Assembly: GCA_965240325.2 (NCBI GenBank)
Contig: OZ251229.1
Location: 682,001 to 746,000, forward strand
Length of the DNA stretch: 64,000 nucleotides
Reading direction: 5' to 3'
DNA from: Rebecca billardiae RCC1528
Taxonomy: Eukaryota > Protista > Haptophyta
Made by a program: the position numbers and the translations under genes. Numbering within the stretch: position 1 is the first letter of the stretch; the number at the start of each line of letters is the position of its first letter. Shown here piece by piece: positions 37,221 to 44,975 of this stretch. The notes below the pieces were generated by a model. It did not search any database. It was not told the DNA's origin and saw only the letters and a program-made list of their open reading frames with translations.

Positions 37221-37506
37221 AGTAACGATCCGCCCGGCTGGCGGCCGCGTCCGCGCGTCCGGCGATCTGACGCCCGCGATTCACCGCTCGCCGCGCGGCT
37301 CCAGTGTAGGGGCTGGCGACGTCGCCGAGGCCCTCCGTGCGATCGATTTCATTCAAAAATTGGTTTACGTCGCCGCCGATTTTGTCAACGCACGGCTTCA
37401 GGTGGTGCGCCGCCGAGCTGATGGGGCGGCCGAGTCGACGCGCTGTGTTTGCCAGCCCGCCGAGCCGACCGCGAATGCCTCGCGTGAGTCTGCCGAGAAA
37501 TGACAT
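37213..37506 (-). CDS. Small basic virion-associated protein (amphipathic N-terminus)
   Basis: 97 aa immediately downstream of MCP; MSFLGRLTRGIRGRLGGLANTARRL. Confidence 0.65.
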   Translation of the reverse strand: MSFLGRLTRGIRGRLGGLANTARRLGRPISSAAHHLKPCVDKIGGDVNQFLNEIDRTEGLGDVASPYTGAARRAVNRGRQIAGRADAAASRADRYLR

Positions 37507-37538
37507 ATCGGTGTATAATTATCATATTTTTTTATTTT

Positions 37539-38852
37539 TTACACGGCGAACTGGAGCTGGTTCTGCGCGACCTCCATCATGACGTCGTGCAGCGCCCAGG
37601 CATGCCACGTAAACGCAGCTGGGTGGTTGCTGTCGGCCTCGAAAATGGCGTGCTCCGTGTCCAGACGGCGACCGTCGAAGAGAATGTCGGACTGCGAGAA
37701 TGCCGACGTATTGAATGCGATGGCAAAAGCTGAGTTCGCGAAGCGCGCGCCATTCACCTTGGAGGCGTAGTCGGCGACGCCAAGCGCGTTGAACGCCCGC
37801 ACGAGCTCCGCGCGCGTCTCGGCAGCGCCATTCGTCGCGCTGACCGGCTGGTCTGGCACGAGCGTCGAGCCAATGCGCAGCTGCCACTTGGAGATGGCCG
37901 CGCGAGTGCGCAGCGTGACATCGCCCGCGTAAGCATTGCTGTTCGCATCCGGATAGGCGGCGATGATAATCGTGTTGACGCTCGCGAGGCGGAAGGGCAG
38001 CTGCCAGCTCGTCGCAGTGTTGGGCGATACGGAGTGCTGCGCGTGGAGGTAGCTCATCGACGGAACGTAGAGGTGGTCGAGGCTGCGCGCAATCTTGGTG
38101 TAGGCCGAATCCGAGAGCAGCACCGTGCCCAGCTGCATCTTGACGTCCTGGATCGATGGCATAGCCCCGGGATCAATCGTGTAGATACCCCAGTCCTTCG
38201 TCTGCGCGAGGTGAATGTCCACGCGGAGGCCTTGGTGCAGCTCGGAGATGGGGATGGCCTTGCCGCAGAGCGCGCCGAACACGTACACAAGCGGGAGGCA
38301 CACCGTGAGCAAGCCGCCATTCGCGATGACCGCACCCTTGGGCACGTTGAGAGCATTGTTGATCGTCGCCTGCGACAGAGTCGCGGCGGTGACATCATAA
38401 TCGGCGCTACCGAGCATCGAGGCAGTGGAGAAGCACGACGAAGGCCCCGACTGGAAATCCAGCAGGAGATTGTGCAGTAGGCCCGCCTTGCCCGCCGAGG
38501 CAATCATCTGAGAGCCGTGATAGGCGTCGATGCGCTCGATGAGGCTGTAAGCGCTCTGCGAGAGAGTCAGAGAGGTGCCAGAGGTGTTGTTAATCGTGAA
38601 TTGAACGACGCTCTGGCTGGGATCCATCATAGCGCCTGGTGTGCCCGTAGGCAGATCGAACTGCACCACCTGCCCCGGAGAGAATGACGACGCCGGTCCG
38701 GCATAGACGGTCGTGCGTTTGTACGTAGCACCGACGGCCACGGGCTTGGGGTTCGCAAAATCGTAATACATCGGTGCCGTCTCCTCCTGCTCAAGCACCA
38801 TCGCCTCGTCCGCGCGAATGTCGTTCTTCATGTACCGCCCGGCGTACGCCAT
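37539..38852 (-). CDS. Major capsid protein (double jelly-roll, PLV type)
   Basis: 437 aa, beta-rich. SFSPGQVVQFDLP...MDPSQSVVQFTI...SLIERI, IPISEL..LRVDIHL, WQLRIGSTLVP, FAIAFN. Next to mCP and the ATPase. Confidence 0.85.
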   Translation of the reverse strand: MAYAGRYMKNDIRADEAMVLEQEETAPMYYDFANPKPVAVGATYKRTTVYAGPASSFSPGQVVQFDLPTGTPGAMMDPSQSVVQFTINNTSGTSLTLSQSAYSLIERIDAYHGSQMIASAGKAGLLHNLLLDFQSGPSSCFSTASMLGSADYDVTAATLSQATINNALNVPKGAVIANGGLLTVCLPLVYVFGALCGKAIPISELHQGLRVDIHLAQTKDWGIYTIDPGAMPSIQDVKMQLGTVLLSDSAYTKIARSLDHLYVPSMSYLHAQHSVSPNTATSWQLPFRLASVNTIIIAAYPDANSNAYAGDVTLRTRAAISKWQLRIGSTLVPDQPVSATNGAAETRAELVRAFNALGVADYASKVNGARFANSAFAIAFNTSAFSQSDILFDGRRLDTEHAIFEADSNHPAAFTWHAWALHDVMMEVAQNQLQFAV

Positions 38853-38889
38853 TTATGTGTGTGTGTTTGGCTCCGACATTTTTTTTTTT

Positions 38890-39651
38890 TTACACAACGA
38901 CAAATTTGAGTACGACCGAGATTTCGGCGCCGTTGAGATCCACTTCAGCCATCGTCTCAGAGTCGAGGAGGCGCAGATCGAGATTTTGCACTGAGCGGCG
39001 GTTCGTCTCGAGGAGGTCGTCTGTTTGGCTCTGGTAAGCGAGGACTTGGCCGAAAGCGACCGTATTTTGGATGGTGACGAGGATATTGCTCGTCGAGCCT
39101 GAGCTCAAGGTCGAGTCGCGCGACTTTACGTCGAGGCCTTCGCACACGAGGTGGTAGCCGCGCGGAATCAGATCGACCACGGCAGGCGCCTCGATGCTCC
39201 CAGTCGCTGGCACGATGAGATCCGACTGCGCTAGACCCAAGACGCGCGTCGCAGTGGATGAGCCCTTGATCGTGATTGGGTTGGCGCTCGAATTGGCAAA
39301 CGTGAATTTACCGCGCGACGAATCAAAGGTCACCGTGAGCGTGGCGTTGACCGGCGAGCCCGCAAAGAGCGTGTCCAGCGCGGTGGCGAGCGAAGTGGCT
39401 GTGTAATTCTTGGGTGGGATCGTCATAGTGGTGTCGCCCCAATTCCCGGCGAGACCAATCGCGCCGTTGGAGCCGTCGACCGCATAACGGCACGACGGGA
39501 AGCTTACCGACTCGACGGCGACGAGAATGCTCTCATCGTGGGTGGCCATGATCGGATGACTCAGCGTAAAGTCAGCGGCGCTCGTCATCGTCCGTCCCAG
39601 CGGGAAGCGGTCCGCCTGAGCCGTGTGCAGGTGAAGCCGGTGAGTCGTCAT
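38890..39651 (-). CDS. Minor capsid protein (penton, single jelly-roll)
   Basis: FTLSHPI..VAVESVSFP..Y, IPPKNYTATSL, RVLGL, NILVTI, VQNLDLRLLD..VDLNGAEISVVLKF. Start placed at MTTHRL. Confidence 0.85.
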   Translation of the reverse strand: MTTHRLHLHTAQADRFPLGRTMTSAADFTLSHPIMATHDESILVAVESVSFPSCRYAVDGSNGAIGLAGNWGDTTMTIPPKNYTATSLATALDTLFAGSPVNATLTVTFDSSRGKFTFANSSANPITIKGSSTATRVLGLAQSDLIVPATGSIEAPAVVDLIPRGYHLVCEGLDVKSRDSTLSSGSTSNILVTIQNTVAFGQVLAYQSQTDDLLETNRRSVQNLDLRLLDSETMAEVDLNGAEISVVLKFVVV

Positions 39652-39793
39652 TGACAGGGGCGGAGATATTTGGGGCGACGATTGGGTCGATGATTGCGTC
39701 GATGATCTCATCGTCCAAGCCAGGACCCATCCGCTTGCGCGCGATGAATCTGGCGGCCGCCTCCCACGAAAAATCAAACATGGCGGGGTCCAT
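39572..39793 (-). CDS. Small acidic hypothetical protein overlapping the mCP start
   Basis: 73-aa ORF with aaaaATG start context like the other viral genes. Confidence 0.4.
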   Translation of the reverse strand: MDPAMFDFSWEAAARFIARKRMGPGLDDEIIDAIIDPIVAPNISAPVNDDSPASPAHGSGGPLPAGTDDDERR

Positions 39794-39839
39794 TTTTCGA
39801 TCAAAATGGAGTGTCTATTATCTCTAGAACAGATATAAA

Positions 39840-40262
39840 ATGGACGAGGCACCGCCGCCGCCGCCAGCGCTCGCCGTGCCGATCAAGCAGCCCAAAGCAC
39901 GCACGGCAGCGCAGATCAAAACCACCGAGGTGATGCGCTTGGCCAAGCTGCGAAACACGTACACCGAGTACGCCCAGCGGTACGCCAATCTCGCGACCCA
40001 AGAGCAAGCCAAAATCGACGAGTTGAACGCTACTGTGCCAGTGCCAGAGCCCCCGCCAATCAAGCGCATGACCCCGCCGCCGCCGCCGAAGGAGCCCGAC
40101 GAGGACACGCTGGTGCTCGAAGACGACCAGCCAATCGAGTCTACGCGAGCGCCACCACCACCGCGGGCGCCGTCGCGACCGCCGTCGCGACCGCCGCCGA
40201 GGGCACCACCGAGTGCGCCGCCGAGTGCGGCACCGCCGCAAAGAAAACTGAGGTACATCTAG
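39840..40262 (+). CDS. Proline-rich viral hypothetical protein
   Basis: ataaaATG context; 140 aa, directly upstream of the ATPase. Confidence 0.65.
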   Translation: MDEAPPPPPALAVPIKQPKARTAAQIKTTEVMRLAKLRNTYTEYAQRYANLATQEQAKIDELNATVPVPEPPPIKRMTPPPPPKEPDEDTLVLEDDQPIESTRAPPPPRAPSRPPSRPPPRAPPSAPPSAAPPQRKLRYI

Positions 40263-40277
40263 AAAGCTCTATCTAAA

Positions 40278-40982
40278 ATGCAGATTGCCGAAGAGGCAAA
40301 TCAAGTCGATCTGAGACTGCCGCGCATCACAGCGGACAAGCCATTAAAGGTGGGTCTACCCGAGCCACTGCCCAACTTGACCTTCCACTGGGGCGTGTTT
40401 GGCCCCCCACGCAGTGGCAAGTCGAGTCAGGTGGCGGGCTTGATCACTGGCCCCTACCGAGGCGTTTTTGGAAATGTTATCTGGTGTGCACCGCAGACAT
40501 CCATGGACTCGTTCGCCAAATCGCCGCTGCGCGACTTGGAATTTGTGTACAACGAATTTCATGGCGCGGTCCTAGACGAAATCATCGACATCGCCGAGGA
40601 GAATGCCGCCGGCGGTCGTCCAACGCTGCTGGTGATTGACGATTTCGCGGCCAGCCTGCGCGACGCAAACCTGCAAAAGGCCTACGCCAAGATGGTGCAG
40701 AATCGACGGCACATCCGGCTTTCAATCATTGTGATCGCGCAAGGCTATATGAGCGTGCCGCTGAATGTGCGCAAGCTTTTTTCAAATATTACCATGTTTC
40801 GGCCGAACAATTCCCGCGAGCTCACCGCGCTGCACTCCGAGCTTATCCCCATGTCAAAGGTGGACTTTATGGGCGTCTATCACTACATATTCGGAAATGA
40901 GCGTCCGCACACGTTCATGTTCATGGACGTTGATGGTGGCATTTTATATCGAGAGTGGAATCGGTTGCGTATTAAAAATTAA
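40278..40982 (+). CDS. Genome-packaging ATPase (A32-like, FtsK/HerA superfamily)
   Basis: Walker A GPPRSGKS, Walker B LLVIDD, and the RH motif NRRHIRLSIIVIAQ. Confidence 0.93.
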   Translation: MQIAEEANQVDLRLPRITADKPLKVGLPEPLPNLTFHWGVFGPPRSGKSSQVAGLITGPYRGVFGNVIWCAPQTSMDSFAKSPLRDLEFVYNEFHGAVLDEIIDIAEENAAGGRPTLLVIDDFAASLRDANLQKAYAKMVQNRRHIRLSIIVIAQGYMSVPLNVRKLFSNITMFRPNNSRELTALHSELIPMSKVDFMGVYHYIFGNERPHTFMFMDVDGGILYREWNRLRIKN

Positions 40983-40999
40983 TCCGTGCTAGCAATAAC

Positions 41000-41779
41000 A
41001 TGGCGACTGCAGTCCATCACCACACATTCCGCGATACGGTGCCAGCGCGAGTGACTCACTTCACGCTGAACGGCACGCCGTATGCCGGCGCCATGCACCA
41101 CCGTGGCAAGAAAGACGGCTGGTGGTCAGGCTTGCATCCAGGCCCAAGCTCGCGCAAGCTCGCTCACCACAAGAAGCCCATGATATTACCCGCGCTGGTC
41201 ACGATCGCCAGGCGAGGCCCGCCTACCAAGACCAAGACCAGCTTTGGGCGCGTCGCCCCCGGCGTGTACGACCTCGGCCAGTTCACGACGGATGAGGGCC
41301 ACTACGATGCGAAGCACCTAAAATTCCCGCAACGCGATGCCAGCGGTCAGCCAATCTCGCGGCTGGTGGTGCGCTCTCAGCCGGCGCCTACTATGACGAG
41401 CTCTGACTCCGCCAATCGTCCTGCGGGGAGACCCGCGGCGGCGCCCCCAAGACCCATACCTGCGGTGCCAATGAATCCCGCACTCGCTACGCCCATGAAT
41501 CCAGTACTCGCAATGCCCACATCTACTGGAGCAAGTCGATCGTCGACTACGTCGCGTGTTGACGCTGAGCTACCCATGTTCCGCGACGAAACTCGGACTA
41601 GCGACAGATATACAGCTCAAACTCGCCTTGATGTATTCTTTAAGCGCTTCTTAGAAAAAGCCATTGAGAACGGCTGGAGTACCGAAGAGTTTCATAGAAC
41701 GCTGGCCTCTCACCTGAAGATACAACTGCCTCTTTTGAGGGAGATCCTGGATGACAAAGCTGTTTCTTTCAAAGTCTGA
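41000..41779 (+). CDS. Viral hypothetical protein with a His-rich N-terminal domain
   Basis: 259-aa ORF; THFTLNGTPYAGAMHH...WSG.HPGPSSRKLAH. Confidence 0.65.
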   Translation: MATAVHHHTFRDTVPARVTHFTLNGTPYAGAMHHRGKKDGWWSGLHPGPSSRKLAHHKKPMILPALVTIARRGPPTKTKTSFGRVAPGVYDLGQFTTDEGHYDAKHLKFPQRDASGQPISRLVVRSQPAPTMTSSDSANRPAGRPAAAPPRPIPAVPMNPALATPMNPVLAMPTSTGASRSSTTSRVDAELPMFRDETRTSDRYTAQTRLDVFFKRFLEKAIENGWSTEEFHRTLASHLKIQLPLLREILDDKAVSFKV

Positions 41780-41932
41780 CGGGGGGCTTCGTGGTCTACT
41801 TAACCAAATCTTAGTCGCTGTTATGTGGTGTGCTCTGCTGTTTGCGCTTGTAGCCGGAACCAGCATTGGCCAGTTCATTTGGATTGCGTTCTTGATGCCT
41901 GCTCCTAAGGCGATACCGCTAAAGAAGCCTTC

Positions 41933-42250
41933 TTAGCGGAAGTGGTACACGATTACCTTGCCCTTGATGGCCATGCCGCGCACCGCATCGGCTACCTCGA
42001 ACACAGGCGTATCGTACAGTTTGATGTAGGCCTCAGCATCGAGCAGCTCGATGTCGATGAGATCAAAGGTGCGAGTGCGCTGGAGGCGCTTGCTCAGGTA
42101 GCCGTCGCGAAGCGTGATGGTCGTCTTGGTCTTCTTGTTGCGCAGGTCGCTCAGGTACTTACCCGATGGCTTGCGCACCTCCGTGCGCCGGCCCTCGTCG
42201 AGCCACGTCGAGCCGCGGTCGAGCGGGAGCGAGACCGTTGGGGTAACCAT
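41933..42250 (-). CDS. Small protein, possibly ASCH/PUA-like
   Basis: LDEGRRTEVR..Y...L...ITLRDGY resembles the GxKxxExR..GY pattern of ASCH domains. Confidence 0.45.
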   Translation of the reverse strand: MVTPTVSLPLDRGSTWLDEGRRTEVRKPSGKYLSDLRNKKTKTTITLRDGYLSKRLQRTRTFDLIDIELLDAEAYIKLYDTPVFEVADAVRGMAIKGKVIVYHFR

Positions 42251-42261
42251 CGTGCGGTGCG

Positions 42262-42613
42262 TGGCTTCGTGGGGCTCCGTGAGCGCGCTTTTCACCTAGG
42301 CCGCTTGTCTTTAACTACGAACCGCCACGGGCTTCGTGGGGCTTCGTGGGGCTCTGTGAGGGCGCTTTTTCACCTAGACCGCTTGTCTTTAACTACGAAC
42401 CGCCTTCGTGGGGGCTTCGTGGGGCTTCGTGGGGCTCTGTGAGGGCGCTTTTTCACCTAGACCGCTTGTCTTTAACTACGAACCGCCTTCGTGGGGGCTT
42501 CGTGGGGCTTCGTGGGGCTCTGTGAGGGCGCTTTTTCACCTAGACCGCTTGTCTTTAACTACGAACCGCCTTCGTGGGGGCTTCGTGGGGCTTCGTGGGG
42601 CTCTGTGAGGGCG
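42262..42613. repeat. ~83-bp tandem repeat, about 4 copies, subterminal in the virus
   Basis: ttttcacctag(a/g)ccgcttgtctttaactacgaaccgcc...ggggcttcgt recurs with an 83-bp period. Confidence 0.92.
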
Positions 42614-42825
42614 TCCGACGAAACCTTAGTGACGCGGCCAGGGCGCAAGTGTTTCGTCGTCAGCCACGAGGGGCCGAGGGAATGCTCAAAAATGAGTTCG
42701 GTACGGTGGGGCTTCGTGGGGCTTCGTGGGGCTTCGTGGGGCGGCTCGGGGCTCGTGGTGGGATGGTGGCTCGTGGGTCGTCGTGGGTCGTCGTGGGTCG
42801 TCGTGGGTCGTGGGCGGGGTGGGGC

Positions 42826-43129
42826 GGCGGCGGGGTGGCGGTGGCGGGGGTCGACGTGGCTCGACGTGGCTCGATGTGGCTCGACGTGGCTCGATGTGGC
42901 TCGACGTGGCTCGATGTGGCTCGACGTGGCTCGACGTGGCTCGACTGAGAACCGGGGATGATGAGTCGTAGGCTCGGGGGAGGGCTGGGGAGGCGGGGTG
43001 GCGGCGGGGTGGCTCGATGTGGTGATGGGTGGCTCGACGTGGCTCGACGTGGCTCGACGTGGCTCGACTGAGAATCAGGGACGAGGGCTGGGGAGGGCTG
43101 GGGAGGCGGGGTGGGGTGGCGGCACCGTA
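42826..43129 (-). repeat. Right terminal inverted repeat, shorter than the left
   Basis: Reverse complement of the left-end units: (C/T)GTGGCTCGA arrays, ctgagaatcagggacgagggctgggg, ending ggcaccgta. Confidence 0.92.
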
Positions 43130-44686
43130 TACCCCCACACACCGCTCTTCTCGGCCGACGCGGCTGAAGCGTACGGCGTCTCGTGGCGAGGCGCAGTCTC
43201 AGCGGTGCACGCGCACTGCGCCGGACAGCCGGACGCAGGGAGCGGCGAGGGGCGCGAGGCGACCGTGGACTTGACGGGCCAGTGGGCCGACAGCGTGGTG
43301 CTCACCCTGTTCGCGCAGCCCGTCGAGCAGGTGTACCACCAGCGCGTGCTCGCGGCGGCGAATGAGCGCAGTGCTCGGCACATGGCGCTGCTCGCATGCG
43401 CCGGGCAGCTGCTCGTCGCGCTGCTGTGCCTGGCAGTTGGGCTGGTGGGCGCGCGCGCAGACTGGGGCGCGGTCGGTGGCGCGTGCGCGGCCACGTGCAC
43501 CCGCGCGCCGCAGCTGGCCACGGGCTGCGTGCTGCGCTGCCTCGCGCCGCGCGCCGTCTCGTACATCGGCCTGCTCGCGGTTGCGGCGGCCATGGTGTCG
43601 ACCATCGACTCGGCCGTGCTCGCGTGCGCGACGCTGATCGTGTGGAACACGCTGCGCCCGGCGTGCGAGGCGTACGCGGGCGGTGCGGGGTCCGACGCGC
43701 CCGCCTCGCCGCGCGTCCTCAACGCCGTCCGCCAGCGCCGGCAGCACGCCGTCGACCGCATGATGGCCCTCTGCAGCCGGCTCTCGATGGTGCTGATCGG
43801 GTGCGCCGGCCTCTGGATCGCGCTGCGCGGTGTGGACGTGTCCACGCTGCACTACCTCAAGGTGGAGCTGCCGCTGGTGCTGCTTGTGCCGCCGCTGGTG
43901 TGCGTGGTGCACACGGACTTTGCGAACGGGTACGGCGTGCTCGCCTCGGCGGGGCTCAGCCTGGCGCTCCGCCTCGCCTCGGGTGAGCCGTCGATCGGGC
44001 TCAGGCCAAGGATCAGATGGCCGTGGTTCAGTCCGTGTGTGCCGCCTGGCCGCTCGCCGCAGCTCTTCCCGTTCCGCATCGCCCTGTGCGCGCTCGCGTT
44101 TGCGACGCTTCTCAGCGTGAGCTGGCTTACGAGCTATGCGGCGTGCGCGAGCCGTCCGCCCGCCTCAAGCCTCTCGGCCGGCGACGGCGCGTGCGGCCAG
44201 CGCGGCGGCCAGAAGCAGGAGCCGTGGAGGCCGCGATGGGACGTGCTGCGGGTGCGCACGCAGCCAGACGTCAGGCGCTGGGCCAAGCGCCGCGGGCTGC
44301 TGGCGGAGGCAGCCGACCAACGCGCAGCGGTGGGGGCTCGGACGACAGCGGATACCGCACGCAGGGATATGGCGACCTGCTCTGCACCAGACAACGGCGG
44401 GCACTCTGCGTCGACACCGTTGGGCGACGAGGCCCGCGATAATAACGGCGAGGGCTCTGACGTGAGTGACGAGGGCGAGTGCTGGCAAGACGCTGCAGAG
44501 ACACCGCCGGGACAAGCTTCCCCGGCGTTTGGTGAGGTCTCTTCAGCCGACCCAAGGCCCCTACCATTAACAGCAGCAGCACATCAGGGCGTCGTTGCAG
44601 TGGGCGGGCGAAGAACTCATCGTCTTTCGTCTGACAGTGACACAGCGTCACCGACGACGATGACCCTGCCCCTGGCGATGGTGTGA
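43130..44686 (+). pseudogene. 3' half of the SLC5A7-like Na+:solute symporter
   Basis: Motifs QVYHQRVLAA, IGLLAVAAAMVSTIDSAVL, NGYG, LRLASGEPSIGL and QLFPFR. In frame with the 5' half when 26173 is joined to 43130 (RVWE|YPHTP). Confidence 0.88.
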
Positions 44687-44975
44687 ATCTGTGTCTGTGA
44701 TCCTGTCGATGATGACGACTGGCTGATGTGTCGTCATCATGTGACCATATATCACAGATCGATCCTGGCACAGACCGCGCCGACAAAGACTGACTACCGC
44801 CAGTCATAGGCATCTGATCGGTCTATGACTATATATAAGCAGTGTATAAGTTGCTGTTGTAGATCGGATCTGCCGATCTGCGCGGCACGGCGCCAGCCAG
44901 GCCAGGCCCAGGCCGTCCGAACCAGTCGTATGCTCGGTCTCGGAGCGCCGACGTGAGTGAGTGACGATGAGATTG

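Larger units (their letters stand above)
26176..43129. mobile_element. Endogenous Polinton-like virus (pPolB-encoding), ~16.95 kb, apparently complete
   Basis: Inverted termini tacggtgccgccacccc.../...ggggtggcggcaccgta. Intronless, densely packed genes for pPolB, MCP, mCP, packaging ATPase, lipase and Tlr6F. AT-rich intergenic spacers. The flanks rejoin into one host ORF. Confidence 0.93.

Noticed and set aside
26176-43129. Giant-virus (NCLDV) fragment or contaminating contig
   Set aside because: The gene set and size are PLV-like, and both junctions rejoin into one host gene.
26173-43132. Canonical Polinton with a 6-bp TSD (GTATAC on both sides)
   Set aside because: That model leaves the host gene 2 nt out of frame, the termini are not AG...CT, and no rve integrase or adenain protease is visible. 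It remains a less likely alternative.
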